DNA from: a virus
Reading direction: 5' to 3' (one strand)
Virus record (IMG/VR): IMGVR_UViG_3300027985_000627
Span: 23,319 to 87,318 of that record
DNA: 64,000 bases
Both the position numbers and the translations under genes were made by a program. The notes under the pieces were generated by a model, which was not told the DNA's origin, made no database searches, and worked only from the letters and a program-made list of their open reading frames with translations. Numbering within the stretch: the stretch's first letter is position 1; each line of letters starts with the position of its first letter. Shown here in pieces: positions 36,701 through 45,950 of this stretch.

Positions 36701-39700
36701 AATCGGTCACTACAGGAAGAAGTCCTTCAGAATCCAACTTGAAGTAAGCCATAGCGTTACCGAGATTCTTGAAGTAATCTTCCAACTGTTCATCAGTAAC
36801 GTCAAACTCGGGAAAATCCCAGTTTGACAAATCAGTGTCAAAATCAAACAAAGTTCCAGCTTCTTTGAGAGCTTCGACGTTGGTTTGATATGCATCCTCA
36901 ATGGACTGTATTGCTTCAGGATCTAAAGAAACGGTTCTGATTTCATGTGAGGTATTTTCACCAAACATGGACTTTTCTTCAACCGTGTAGTATTCAGAAC
37001 CAGAACCGTACATCATGCCGTCTACGACGCCGAGTTTGTAACCAGTTCCAGTTTGAGTTTCTGTTTTCTTTGTATCAAATCCTCCGGTAAGAGCAGTAAG
37101 ACCAAGACCAATAACAGCTCCTATACCTGCGGTAGCTAATCCAGACATAAGGCTAGCACCCACACCAGTAGCAGCAGGTATTGCAGCATCAAGGCTCGCT
37201 CCTATCATTCCGGCTATTTCGGTATCCAAAGTAGTGGTGGCTGTTTCAGCTATCGCTATGGTGGCTTCTGATCCAGCCGAACTGAAAAAGCTACCCATGG
37301 AACTTTCTATAGCACTACCTAAGTAGGAGTCTAAAGCATCGCCGCCTATACTGGTCGCAATATTGGTGGCTGAATTGGAACCAGACCCAAAAGAGCCTGT
37401 CAAATTGTCTATTCCACCTCCAATAAAACTTTCCATCATGGGACCAATAACCTGAGCTTTTAAGAACTCAGCAATCATTTGTTCCACGAAAGAAGCAACC
37501 ATATCGAGCATTCTGGACAACATGTTCTGCCAAAGGTCTTCCAAAGAAGCAGAACCATCGGCAAATCCACGTATCATGTCACCAAAAGAACCAGAAATAC
37601 CTGAAACCATATCATCCGTAGCTGACTTAATAAACGACGCTGTTTCAACAGCAAGTTCACGTTTCTTAGTGTCTGCGGACTTGTAAAGATCGTATTCTAA
37701 GGCTAACTGGGCTTTGAAGGCTTCGCTGGATGAGCCAGTCTTAGTCTTCTCTTCCAAACTGTTCTGGCGCTCCGCTTCTGCTTTAGCCTGTGAGAACGCA
37801 GCTACTTCGGCATTTCCAGCAGCCTGAGCTTTAGCAGCAATACCATCCCACATACTAGCCCGAGTAGCGTATATGGCAGCCGAATTTTCGAGGAGATATT
37901 CGAGGACCTTTTGTGCTGCCTCTCTTTCTTTCGAACCGCCTTCTTCATATTTAACAATTTCTTTATTGACAAGGTCCTCAGTATCTTCAAAGGAAAGCTC
38001 TCCGTATTTGATCTTAGCTTCAACTATCTTATCCTGAATTTTCAGAATTTCAGTTTTTTTCCAATTTTCAAGCTGAATGGTATCTGAACCGTTCTTTTTA
38101 GCTACTTTGTACAGTTCATCATACATAGCAAGGATGCTTTTTTCTTCACCACCACCTGGTTTTGTACCAAAAACCTCTTGGTAAGTATCAGACAAAGCAG
38201 CCTCAACCTTCAACTCCCTAAGCTGTTTAATTTGATCGACAAGACCTTCTACCGACTCGCCAGCAGACTTAGCCTTTTGCTCTGCGTTGTACAACATGTT
38301 AGTCATTTCTTTATCAATGTTGGCCAACGTTTTCGCAAAGTCATTTCCTGATATATCAGCCAAAGTAGCGTCAACAGCCGCCTTGATTGTATCGTTGTAG
38401 TGATCGTAGGCATCGGATTTCTTTTCAGCAGCGGCAGCGGCAGCTAAAGCCGCGTTTGCGGCTAGCTCATCGGCTTTGGTGATTTTATCTATCTCGTTCT
38501 TTTGGTTTTCAAGAACTTGCTGGTAATCCGCTTGCGCTCTCGTCCTGGTTTCCAAAGAAAGTTCTTCGTTGTTAGCTATAGAAAGCAGCGATTCCAAATG
38601 CTTCGCATACTTGGCATTAAGCTCCTCAATCTTTTGTGCGGAGTCTTTAGCTGTTTTAGGAATATCTTTGAGTAGGTTATCCATTTTTCTCTGGGCAGCC
38701 GCATTAGCTAAAGCCGAATCTTTCGACCTATCAATGGCGTCAGATAGTTTACCAATAGGGTCGAGGGACTCTTCTATATTATGAGATATGGTTTTTCCCA
38801 TATCGGGGTTGGCCGCAGCCAACATCATATCCCCAAGGTCATTGTAGTTACTGGCTAACTGAGCGATGTCCTTTTGTAAGGCTTTACCGGTAGCAGACTC
38901 CTGGCCCATAAGATTAAGTTGGTCGTACTTAGCCGCCATCTGCTTCTTAATCAACTCTTGTTCTTCTTTAAGAAGCTCCTCATTGGTACGGATCAGACCA
39001 ACCTTCTTTTCCCATCTGTCCTGAATATTCTGCTCTAAAGCGGCTACGCCCTTCTGAGCTTCCTCGTATTCCTTTGAACCAACAGACAAGCCAGACAAAG
39101 CCTCTCGTTGCTTATCCAAAAGAGTGTTTCCATACTCTATGGAGTATGACATTACTTCGTAAGAATTAGTGGCTTTGTAAGCCACAGCAGCTATCACACC
39201 AGCAATAGCTATACCTTTCGGACCCAACATGATAGCTCCGATTAAACCCAGTTCACGGATGATCGGAGGAAGAGAATTGTAAATGCTTATGACAGTATTG
39301 GCAAAATCTGTTGCGGCTGTGATACCGGAAGCCAACGCTGTGATTGTTTTCCCTATTTCTTCACCAAAACGACCAACAGCCTCAATGAAATCCGGAGATT
39401 GAAACTGCGTTGTAAGTTCATTGATAAAATTGACTGCGGCGTCGAGAAAACCGTTCTCAGACATAGCGATTTTCAAATCCATCCAAGCCATTTGAAAACG
39501 GTCTATAGCACGAACAGCTAAACCAACAGCTTTCTCAGCAGTTCCAGCAAATCTATCTTCGAGAGCCCGGGCAAACTTGGGTATAAATTCCTCAGTGGCT
39601 AATTCACCCTCTTTAACCATACGCATAAGCTCGGTAGTAGTTGCCCCCATAGCTTGTGCTGCTATTTGGAAAGCACCAGGCAACTGGTTACCTAACTGTC

Positions 39701-41135
39701 TACGGAGTTCTTCCATAGATATGGTGCCTTTTGAAATCATCTGTTCGACAGCGTACAAGGAGCCTTTTATTTTATCATTGGAAAGACCAAGAGCGGAACC
39801 TGCGGTTATCAAAGCCTGGTAAATTTTGTGGACTTCTTGTCCTTCCAAAGCAGTACCCATAGCCGCAGCGGAAATGCTTTTGTAACCATCAGCCAGAGAA
39901 TAAAAATTCAAACTCAATTTTTCCGATGTATCACGTAGCCACGCAAGCTCTTTCGAAGCCCCTTGTGCGCTGCCAGCAATACCTTCAAAAGAAAGTTTCA
40001 ATTGTTGGTAATCGGCTCCAGCTTCAAAGATGCTTCTAATCATCGAACCGATACCGTAACCAACAAGAGCGTAGTACAGGTTCCTGATCGTGAATACAAC
40101 CGAGTTCAAATCCCTGGCGTGTTGTAAAGCGGATTTAGAACCAGAGGCATGAGAACTGTTGAGGCGCTTCTGGGCTTGTTCCAAAAGTCTAGCCTCTTTA
40201 GCCCCTTGTTTAGCAGCTTCAGCCAAATCTTTTTCCGCTTGCTGCAATTTTCTGGCAGAAGATATCGAAGCAGCCTCTTCACCACGTTGGGCTTTGTACG
40301 CCGCAACGACTTCCCGCACCTTTTCCTTCAACTTATTGAAAGCATCGGAAAGCTCTTTCTTTGAAACGACACCTGCCTTCTCCAGACGTTTAATCTCTCG
40401 ATATGCGTCAGTGTACCCCTTCAACTGTGCCTTAAGCTCAGACGTTGAGGTAAGACCCAAGGTACCCATACTCTGAGTCTTAGACTGCGAAGAAGTGTTT
40501 CCCAATTCAGAGTACAAACGCTTGGATGTAGCAATGAACTCGTTCAACTTCTTTTCGGCCGCAGTGATCGGACCAGTCAAAGAGTCTTTGTTTCTTTCAC
40601 CAACAGAGCGAAGTTCAGAATATAAATTTTTAACGTTAGCAAGGTATTCTCTGGTGAAGTCTTTCAATTCACCAGTATTACCTTGGCCCTTCATAACGGT
40701 CGTCAATTCAGCGAAGGCTTTTTTCAAATTGGAAATATCGGATATAATAGCTTGAGACGTTCTGGTCTTGAAATTAGCCGATACTTTAGAAAAATCCAAA
40801 GCCTCGGAAGCTTCCATGGAAGCTTTTCTCAAAGACTTTATATAAGAAATGAGTTTAGCAAGATCAGCACCGCCGACAAGTTTCTTACCGTCAACCTCAA
40901 GATTGGCAAGCTTTCGGACAATGATTTCAAGCTCTTTGAAAGCAGTGATGGTTTTTTGAACTTCAGAAACCTTGGAGAAACGATTCATCAAAGACTGGAA
41001 CCGCTTCTCCAAGGCCAGGGTAGTTTTGGAAACTTTGTCGTCAACGTCGTTAAACTTGCGAGTAACGGTGTCAAGACCGTCAATGGCTTTTTGACCTTGA
41101 AAGTCTACGCTAACGCCGAGTTTTATGAGATCCAT
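33702..41135 (-). CDS. tape measure protein (2477 aa)
   Basis: QMISKGTISMEELRRQLG tape-measure motif; long Ala/Glu helical body; FAxGG...GE..PE C-terminal motif. Confidence 0.93.
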   Translation of the reverse strand: MDLIKLGVSVDFQGQKAIDGLDTVTRKFNDVDDKVSKTTLALEKRFQSLMNRFSKVSEVQKTITAFKELEIIVRKLANLEVDGKKLVGGADLAKLISYIKSLRKASMEASEALDFSKVSANFKTRTSQAIISDISNLKKAFAELTTVMKGQGNTGELKDFTREYLANVKNLYSELRSVGERNKDSLTGPITAAEKKLNEFIATSKRLYSELGNTSSQSKTQSMGTLGLTSTSELKAQLKGYTDAYREIKRLEKAGVVSKKELSDAFNKLKEKVREVVAAYKAQRGEEAASISSARKLQQAEKDLAEAAKQGAKEARLLEQAQKRLNSSHASGSKSALQHARDLNSVVFTIRNLYYALVGYGIGSMIRSIFEAGADYQQLKLSFEGIAGSAQGASKELAWLRDTSEKLSLNFYSLADGYKSISAAAMGTALEGQEVHKIYQALITAGSALGLSNDKIKGSLYAVEQMISKGTISMEELRRQLGNQLPGAFQIAAQAMGATTTELMRMVKEGELATEEFIPKFARALEDRFAGTAEKAVGLAVRAIDRFQMAWMDLKIAMSENGFLDAAVNFINELTTQFQSPDFIEAVGRFGEEIGKTITALASGITAATDFANTVISIYNSLPPIIRELGLIGAIMLGPKGIAIAGVIAAVAYKATNSYEVMSYSIEYGNTLLDKQREALSGLSVGSKEYEEAQKGVAALEQNIQDRWEKKVGLIRTNEELLKEEQELIKKQMAAKYDQLNLMGQESATGKALQKDIAQLASNYNDLGDMMLAAANPDMGKTISHNIEESLDPIGKLSDAIDRSKDSALANAAAQRKMDNLLKDIPKTAKDSAQKIEELNAKYAKHLESLLSIANNEELSLETRTRAQADYQQVLENQKNEIDKITKADELAANAALAAAAAAEKKSDAYDHYNDTIKAAVDATLADISGNDFAKTLANIDKEMTNMLYNAEQKAKSAGESVEGLVDQIKQLRELKVEAALSDTYQEVFGTKPGGGEEKSILAMYDELYKVAKKNGSDTIQLENWKKTEILKIQDKIVEAKIKYGELSFEDTEDLVNKEIVKYEEGGSKEREAAQKVLEYLLENSAAIYATRASMWDGIAAKAQAAGNAEVAAFSQAKAEAERQNSLEEKTKTGSSSEAFKAQLALEYDLYKSADTKKRELAVETASFIKSATDDMVSGISGSFGDMIRGFADGSASLEDLWQNMLSRMLDMVASFVEQMIAEFLKAQVIGPMMESFIGGGIDNLTGSFGSGSNSATNIATSIGGDALDSYLGSAIESSMGSFFSSAGSEATIAIAETATTTLDTEIAGMIGASLDAAIPAATGVGASLMSGLATAGIGAVIGLGLTALTGGFDTKKTETQTGTGYKLGVVDGMMYGSGSEYYTVEEKSMFGENTSHEIRTVSLDPEAIQSIEDAYQTNVEALKEAGTLFDFDTDLSNWDFPEFDVTDEQLEDYFKNLGNAMAYFKLDSEGLLPVVTDLQKDSETLLETLNRLQSAYVKANETTFYYGYSLETLAGVTQETLDAMRSSAEETASTLEPYDTAMSNAMSQAASMMEGIEGASVNASVSMDTITSATQNIASETDFAAQGMSESWSDAYGTFDTATEAVDSLSTTLDTTTEALESVGVVLDVTDEQLKTFALADYASKLIEAVGGDEEWDAAWERISNRTKESWELLDSAVIYYTANASNAIENLEGIIGDSGITVENFWDKFEEALNSYMDPEAFAYWNQAAKYADSLAEVNDQLEENRRTWQKWSESLEQRKLAAEGREDEADLLDLLTSHEWELVEAREAGASAAQLAYLAEVQEIELKKLAADKEEERLEALASANKRYYDAVEDETSLFAMEQANNVKELYDTTWKYGQEVADALEAAMKAEKYAYVSAKNAELQATKEAFEQDMRYRNLVLEGKEEEAEAAQILVEQAKELQEAYDNGLSQSEITELQNVQLREMAKYWSDIQDSLDDAADSADSLADRLQDALDDALEAAIDQVDYMLDGANAAKDAADELRDRWYAVADTVQGLLEDLLLGDSSNLTADQKTTTAKSWYEETYAKAMSGDIDAAESVADYAQAYLEAAKSSTTDPFEYSKTFGRVTSQLASLEVLGDLEGARQDTLSQLLEIQISLLELQKELLEEGGTQTELLAQNATAIGIVGELIGSQTTTTVDVAGTSLTEAQALRSRVGAGVGYQMATYNLLQSGITFDDEIWNAMQSDSQTGLGYLSGINGHTASLISVTGDVVGAVNDLAEQLQAETQLSALQSQYQALQQQAISSIQNSTQGTMVQGIANSGAGYQMANNIFQNAYGINWWNSASASERSSWLDWWQQSYGEGSGYVDWSWVLNQFNSSNRLDSNTNALYDAYLEAYQDYLDLREEYGFANGGIMTSRGPINLYSSGGIANTPQVAIYGEGSIPEAYVPLPDGHTIPVTLSGEFSSEGLQAEMREMRKDMNDRLYLLRKDTQKLADKISRWDDEGLPKERTTQ

Positions 41136-41499
41136 GACGTCTCGCTTTTGACTTTTGATTTCCCAACGTACCGGCCTTCGCTGGTTTGTTGAGGAAACTT
41201 AGATACACATCCTCTATTTGCCGTATAACGTCCAACTCAAGTTGTGTCAATTGCCTCTTTCGGACAATCATCCAGTTTTTAATTTCAGTCCATGTTAAAG
41301 GCGGATGAATCGCTCCCATACCAAGACTTACTGGAATTCTGGCTTTACTCAAATCCCAAAAAAGCTGGAGCATGTATTCTCCCCACAAAGTGGCTTCCGG
41401 TTCGTTCGCAAGTTCTTTTGGAAGTTTCTTTGTGGTTTTGAATACCTGCTCCAGCTGCTCTCTCACGGTGGAGTTACCGACGACTTTCGATAACTCCAT
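41110..41499 (-). CDS. tail assembly chaperone, frameshift extension (gpT part of gpGT)
   Basis: F.DL...R......P.TW.EI..W pattern; -1 frame is open from the slippery site at 41568. Confidence 0.8.
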   Translation of the reverse strand: MELSKVVGNSTVREQLEQVFKTTKKLPKELANEPEATLWGEYMLQLFWDLSKARIPVSLGMGAIHPPLTWTEIKNWMIVRKRQLTQLELDVIRQIEDVYLSFLNKPAKAGTLGNQKSKARRHGSHKTRR

Positions 41500-41528
41500 C
41501 CGTGATTTTAGGAGTGCGAGAAGCTCCG

Positions 41529-41981
41529 CTACTTGTTCTTCATGAAGTTCGCGGTGTTCTGCAAAAAATCATCACACTGCTCCCTGATCCAAGGAACCCT
41601 GGTGAGAAGCATGACAGCGTTGTCGGGAGTGAACTCCAGAGGGTTCTCGCCATCAATAGACACGGACGGGGACCATCCGTAAATGACGCTGGCGATCAGC
41701 TTGATCGAATCCTGCTTCAGTTCGGCCGCAGTCAGAGTGGCCTGGCGTTTACCCTTGGCTTTCTGAATACGACGGTCAGTGATGGCATTATCCATCTCCC
41801 TGTAAACGTCAGATTCAGGACCGTACATATCAATGTACAGAGTGGGTTCATTGGTTTCCTTGTCACGGAACTCGACATCAGAAACGGGGTCGCACAGAAC
41901 AAGCCGAGAGCCTTTAGCAGAACCAGCAATGATGTCACGACCGTCCAGAAGATTAATGAGCTTCGACATGGTACCCTCCAT
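41529..41981 (-). CDS. tail assembly chaperone (gpG)
   Basis: Between tail tube and TMP; G.ES..Y, W, PWIREQ...F. Confidence 0.85.
   Translation of the reverse strand: MEGTMSKLINLLDGRDIIAGSAKGSRLVLCDPVSDVEFRDKETNEPTLYIDMYGPESDVYREMDNAITDRRIQKAKGKRQATLTAAELKQDSIKLIASVIYGWSPSVSIDGENPLEFTPDNAVMLLTRVPWIREQCDDFLQNTANFMKNK
41562..41568 (-). other. programmed -1 ribosomal frameshift site T-TTT-TTG
   Basis: -1 frame reads AEHRELHEEQVAELLALLKSRMELSK..., fusing in frame to 41499..41110. Confidence 0.75.
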
Positions 41982-42090
41982 CGTAGGATGTGTTTAGTCA
42001 TCGCTTGGTAAAAGTTGCGGGGCTGAAGGGGCGATGGATTCCCTTCCCTGCCTAGAACAGGTGCCCCGCAACGATACGTATCAGATCAGC

Positions 42091-43029
42091 TTAGGCAGCC
42101 GTCCGAGTTATCTGAGCAGCCGTTCCAGAGCCAGAAGCGTACAGAGCCTGGAAGGGCATGGACAGAGTGAGCGGACCTTCATCACTGGCCGGGTTGTCAC
42201 CGCCGGTGTACTTGATCCTCGGGAAGAGGAACGTATACGACTTGGTGGTACCATTTCCGAGAGTGAACTGAAGGGTCGATTCCGTCTCGTTGATGAACTT
42301 GTTCAACATAGTCAAGTTCTCAAAGAAGATGGACATGTTTCCAGTCACGTTGAAACGTCCAGCCGTCAGACCCTGAGTGTAATTCTTGCCGATAACGAAG
42401 GCAGGCTCAAGGTTGTTGGCGAAGGTGATGTCGAGACTGGTCACAGTCGCAATCTCGGTACCACCTTCAAGGATCGTTCCGGTGAACGAATCGTAGGGGC
42501 TGTCAGTCTTGGAAGCTGTGATGGAACCATCACCGTCAGCCGACGCACCAGAATACGAAGCGTTCGCGCCGATGATGCCGAAAGAGCCGGTGACGATACC
42601 GTTGGGCTTGATGGACATGGTCATCTGGTTCACCATGCAACCGGTGAACAGACCGTACTGCGTAATATCCAAGAAAGCGCGCTGAATGGTGAACGACTTT
42701 CTCGGGTTAACGCTGTCGCCCGAAGAGTCCTGACCAGCTTTCAGAACGTTGGTCTGCCACTCTCCGAAGAACGCAGCTTCGAAGAACGGATCGTACTCCT
42801 GCCAGGAATACTCAACGCCGATGTCACCGTTAACCTGTTTAACACCGTGACGAAAGTCGGTGATCTGTCGGTCAGACCTAAGTTCATTCGACTGGAAGCC
42901 ATCTTTCGTCAGACCCAGAGAAGCAGAAGTATGCCGCAGGCCTACGAGGGAAGGCGTAGCCGGGGTGGTCCCGTAAGTGGCTTCTTCCACATACGAAAGA
43001 CCATGAGAAGATCCAGCTGCAAAAGTCAT
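42091..43029 (-). CDS. major tail tube protein
   Basis: YVEE..YG.TP, SNELRSDRQ, SFTIQR, FPRIKY. Confidence 0.88.
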   Translation of the reverse strand: MTFAAGSSHGLSYVEEATYGTTPATPSLVGLRHTSASLGLTKDGFQSNELRSDRQITDFRHGVKQVNGDIGVEYSWQEYDPFFEAAFFGEWQTNVLKAGQDSSGDSVNPRKSFTIQRAFLDITQYGLFTGCMVNQMTMSIKPNGIVTGSFGIIGANASYSGASADGDGSITASKTDSPYDSFTGTILEGGTEIATVTSLDITFANNLEPAFVIGKNYTQGLTAGRFNVTGNMSIFFENLTMLNKFINETESTLQFTLGNGTTKSYTFLFPRIKYTGGDNPASDEGPLTLSMPFQALYASGSGTAAQITRTAA

Positions 43030-43052
43030 GGATTTTTCCTCCGTTTAAGTTG

Positions 43053-43586
43053 TTACGAGTCTAGCCACTCCTGGGTGGGTTCCCCAAGAAGTTCACCGGG
43101 AAAACCCATGAAGCCTTTGACTTTACCGTTAAAATGGTCCTTGGCTTTGATCCAGCCTTCACGAAAACGCTCTTCATCGCCGGTCAAATCCGAACCAACA
43201 ACAATGATTTTTTCAAAACCAAGGCTCAAACCGACAACGACAGCATACGTAAGATCGCCGCCTTTGTAAGGGGTCAAAGCTTTAATTTCCGAATCATCGT
43301 CAGGGAAGTAGCAAATTTTGATAAAACCGGTGTTCTTAGCAGAACGCTCGATTTCTTTGGAAGGATCAAGATCAGTAAATTTGGTCCAACTGGCCCAGTA
43401 GTCGATAGATAACGGAAGATTCAGAAGGCCTAAACCAGCAGCCATCCTAGTGTAGATACCGTCACCGAACTTTTTAAGAAACCCATCGACGTTGCCACCA
43501 GGACCAAAAACAACAAGGACGTTCTCATTCAAAGAAAGTTCCTGTTTCTCCTTCTCGACCTTTTTGTTGATCTTAACCATTATCAA
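43053..43586 (-). CDS. hypothetical protein with Rossmann-like Maf/MptE/sialyltransferase-like motifs
   Basis: VLVVFGPG and YAV..G..LGF.KI.VVG.D. Confidence 0.5.
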   Translation of the reverse strand: MIMVKINKKVEKEKQELSLNENVLVVFGPGGNVDGFLKKFGDGIYTRMAAGLGLLNLPLSIDYWASWTKFTDLDPSKEIERSAKNTGFIKICYFPDDDSEIKALTPYKGGDLTYAVVVGLSLGFEKIIVVGSDLTGDEERFREGWIKAKDHFNGKVKGFMGFPGELLGEPTQEWLDS

Positions 43587-43589
43587 CTC

Positions 43590-44003
43590 CTAGTTTTCGG
43601 CATACGCCCGAAAGTACACTGAAACAGGTACAACATACCATCCCCGGTCGTCAAGTGCCGCAGCTTGTCCTGTTCTTTCTATGGTGACAGTAGTTGATCC
43701 AGAAGTTAGAATCAATCCTCTTTTAAAATTATCGACAATAGAATCAACTATTTCCTGCGCATACAGAGGGCCGGTGTCTGCCATGTAAAACAAGTCTATC
43801 TGGAATATACCTCGATGCTCATTCTGACCATTCGTGCCTAAACTAGACTGCCTCGGCATTTGCGGAATGAAAACAGCACGAATCCAAGGTTTGTTTTGCT
43901 CGTACTTGTAATCACGGTTTTCGTAGGCAACCGGATGCGCGCTAGTGTCAAGCAACGAGAGTCTTTCCAGCAAAGCTGTCTGTATGTCTGTCATGACACC
44001 CAT
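43590..44003 (-). CDS. tail terminator protein
   Basis: VAYEN, GIFQIDL, F.RG, PVSV.F.A. Confidence 0.78.
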   Translation of the reverse strand: MGVMTDIQTALLERLSLLDTSAHPVAYENRDYKYEQNKPWIRAVFIPQMPRQSSLGTNGQNEHRGIFQIDLFYMADTGPLYAQEIVDSIVDNFKRGLILTSGSTTVTIERTGQAAALDDRGWYVVPVSVYFRAYAEN

Positions 44004-44554
44004 TACAAAGCTCCCATTTCATATAAAACATCAGCAACAATAGCGTCGAAATCTTCCGTTACTACACGGACCATACCGTTAGGAGCTTGCATACTATGGC
44101 TTAGGTACTCAATTTTTCGAGCATACGGTTGACCATTAGCTAAGAAAAAAGACCGATTTACTTGGGTTTCTTTCAATCTTCTGATCTGGGAAGCAACTTC
44201 TTGCTGTTTTGAACGTCTAATAGAAACAGCTACGTCTCCACCACTAGGACCATCCGTAGCAAGACCACGCATACCAAACGGCAAATGTCTGTGTGATCTC
44301 TTTGAAGCGTATCCTAAACCAAGAGCAGATTTGGAATCAAAATCCGGACTGTTTATAGAAAAGTTCCAACTCATAACTAAACGGCCAGAATCCACAGGTG
44401 TGTTTCCGATTATCCGAGTGAAAACTTCTTCCATAATTCGGTTTCGCACTTTGACCGTGTAGGCAACTTTACTGGCAAGGTAGCTTTTTAATGACTGGTC
44501 AGTTAATCCAGCACCTATACCACCAGTATGTATTTCAAGCTTGCGTATCATCAC
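44003..44554 (-). CDS. tail completion protein (HK97 gp10-like)
   Basis: TPVDSGRL..SW, N..PYA..IEY, S.QAP.GMV. Confidence 0.8.
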   Translation of the reverse strand: MMIRKLEIHTGGIGAGLTDQSLKSYLASKVAYTVKVRNRIMEEVFTRIIGNTPVDSGRLVMSWNFSINSPDFDSKSALGLGYASKRSHRHLPFGMRGLATDGPSGGDVAVSIRRSKQQEVASQIRRLKETQVNRSFFLANGQPYARKIEYLSHSMQAPNGMVRVVTEDFDAIVADVLYEMGAL

Positions 44555-45198
44555 GAAGTCCTCGGATCTTCCTTCATATAAAGAATAAAAGAGCCTCGGT
44601 ACTCAAATCGGTCTATGTTTGCAATGAGAAAATTTTGAACAGTAGCTGGACCGTGTGGGTTAATGAACCCTTTTGCAACCATCCTACCGTTTATTTCAAC
44701 GCCTGAAGCATTTGACACGTAAGCTACTGTGCTTTCTCTATCAACGTCTTCGGCAGGGGTGTCCAGAATGTCAGCTTCGCGTGATCCGTATGCTTTGTTG
44801 AGTATAACACCAGGGATATCAGAGACCGTCTTAACCCAGGATTGGGAAGGCTTGTACTTGTTTCCAGTCTCCGTATAAACATAGTAGTCAAAGAACACGT
44901 TGACTCTGTAGATGATCGCGGATTTGCTCCATACGTCGTTACCGAGCATTTCATCATTGAGGTGCATTACGAGCCACTTAATATCGCCCGGGAAAGCGGT
45001 GATGATGTCTCCGACTACTACAGACGTATCGTAGGGAAGCTCGACAAACAGGTTGTGTTCTTTCGTAAACGGCTTCGTAGCCTGTTTGTTAATATCGTAT
45101 TCCAAATGACCGCCAGTGATATCCCCGGTAGTACGATTTATCGTAAACGGAGTACCAACTTCAGTCAAAATGGATTTGAATTCGTCACCGACAGGCAT
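44551..45198 (-). CDS. putative head closure protein
   Basis: Synteny in the neck module; beta-rich. Confidence 0.5.
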   Translation of the reverse strand: MPVGDEFKSILTEVGTPFTINRTTGDITGGHLEYDINKQATKPFTKEHNLFVELPYDTSVVVGDIITAFPGDIKWLVMHLNDEMLGNDVWSKSAIIYRVNVFFDYYVYTETGNKYKPSQSWVKTVSDIPGVILNKAYGSREADILDTPAEDVDRESTVAYVSNASGVEINGRMVAKGFINPHGPATVQNFLIANIDRFEYRGSFILYMKEDPRTS

Positions 45199-45199
45199 G

Positions 45200-45646
45200 T
45201 TAATCTCCTGACAGGATTATAACTGTGTCGTCTTCTGTGTAGGTACGATCCCTACCCAGTCTGTCAGTAACAAAACCAGCAGAAGCATAAGTACCGAACA
45301 TAAGAGAAGAATCAACGGAAGCAAAAAGGGCTGGATCCTCTTCCTGTGCCGTAGTGAATGCATCGTCCAAACGTTTGAGGACTTTCTCGTAATGCTCAAA
45401 CTTCTGCTGGCGATGAAGGTCTTTGTATCGAAACTGGTCAGCGGTTGTAAGAAGCAAAATTTCAATGAGGTGCCTCTTCATCCGCTCAATCGCCCAATAC
45501 TGTTTCTTGGTGTCAGTTAGAGGGAACGACCAACCCAGTTCCATGATGGCTTTGTCATTGGCAGAAGTGTATTCGTCGGCAGTAAACAAAGTGGAGAGAC
45601 CGCCGATACCAACGGTGACTTTGGTTGTCAATTCAGTGGCGTCCAC
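45200..45646 (-). CDS. putative head-tail adaptor
   Basis: Helical 148 aa; AAGGAG RBS; synteny. Confidence 0.5.
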   Translation of the reverse strand: MDATELTTKVTVGIGGLSTLFTADEYTSANDKAIMELGWSFPLTDTKKQYWAIERMKRHLIEILLLTTADQFRYKDLHRQQKFEHYEKVLKRLDDAFTTAQEEDPALFASVDSSLMFGTYASAGFVTDRLGRDRTYTEDDTVIILSGD

Positions 45647-45673
45647 GGTCTCTCCTTATCTTTGTGTGAAACG

Positions 45674-45889
45674 TTATTTCTTGAGCTTGGGTTTCGAAAC
45701 CTTCTTCGGCTTCTCTTCCGGCTCTTCCTCATTTTTGACTGCTTTCTTTTCGGAACGAGAAATAACCTCGATCAACGGGTGTTCTTCGGCGATCTCCTGA
45801 AGCTCTTCCGGAACGTCATCCCCTTCGTAGATGGAACCAGCAACGTAAGCCTGGGAAAGTTTCAGAGTACCGAGCAATTTGATTTTCAT
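45674..45889 (-). CDS. small protein following the capsid gene
   Basis: GAGG RBS; MKIKLL...; K/E tail. Confidence 0.55.
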   Translation of the reverse strand: MKIKLLGTLKLSQAYVAGSIYEGDDVPEELQEIAEEHPLIEVISRSEKKAVKNEEEPEEKPKKVSKPKLKK

Positions 45890-45906
45890 ACGAACCTCGT
45901 AGAATG

Positions 45907-45934
45907 AGGGGTGGTGCCATCGCACACCACCCCT
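45907..45934 (-). terminator. hairpin after the major capsid gene
   Basis: AGGGGTGGTG/CACCACCCCT 10-bp stem; weak U-tract. Confidence 0.5.
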
Positions 45935-45950
45935 ACATTAGTCGGAACTG

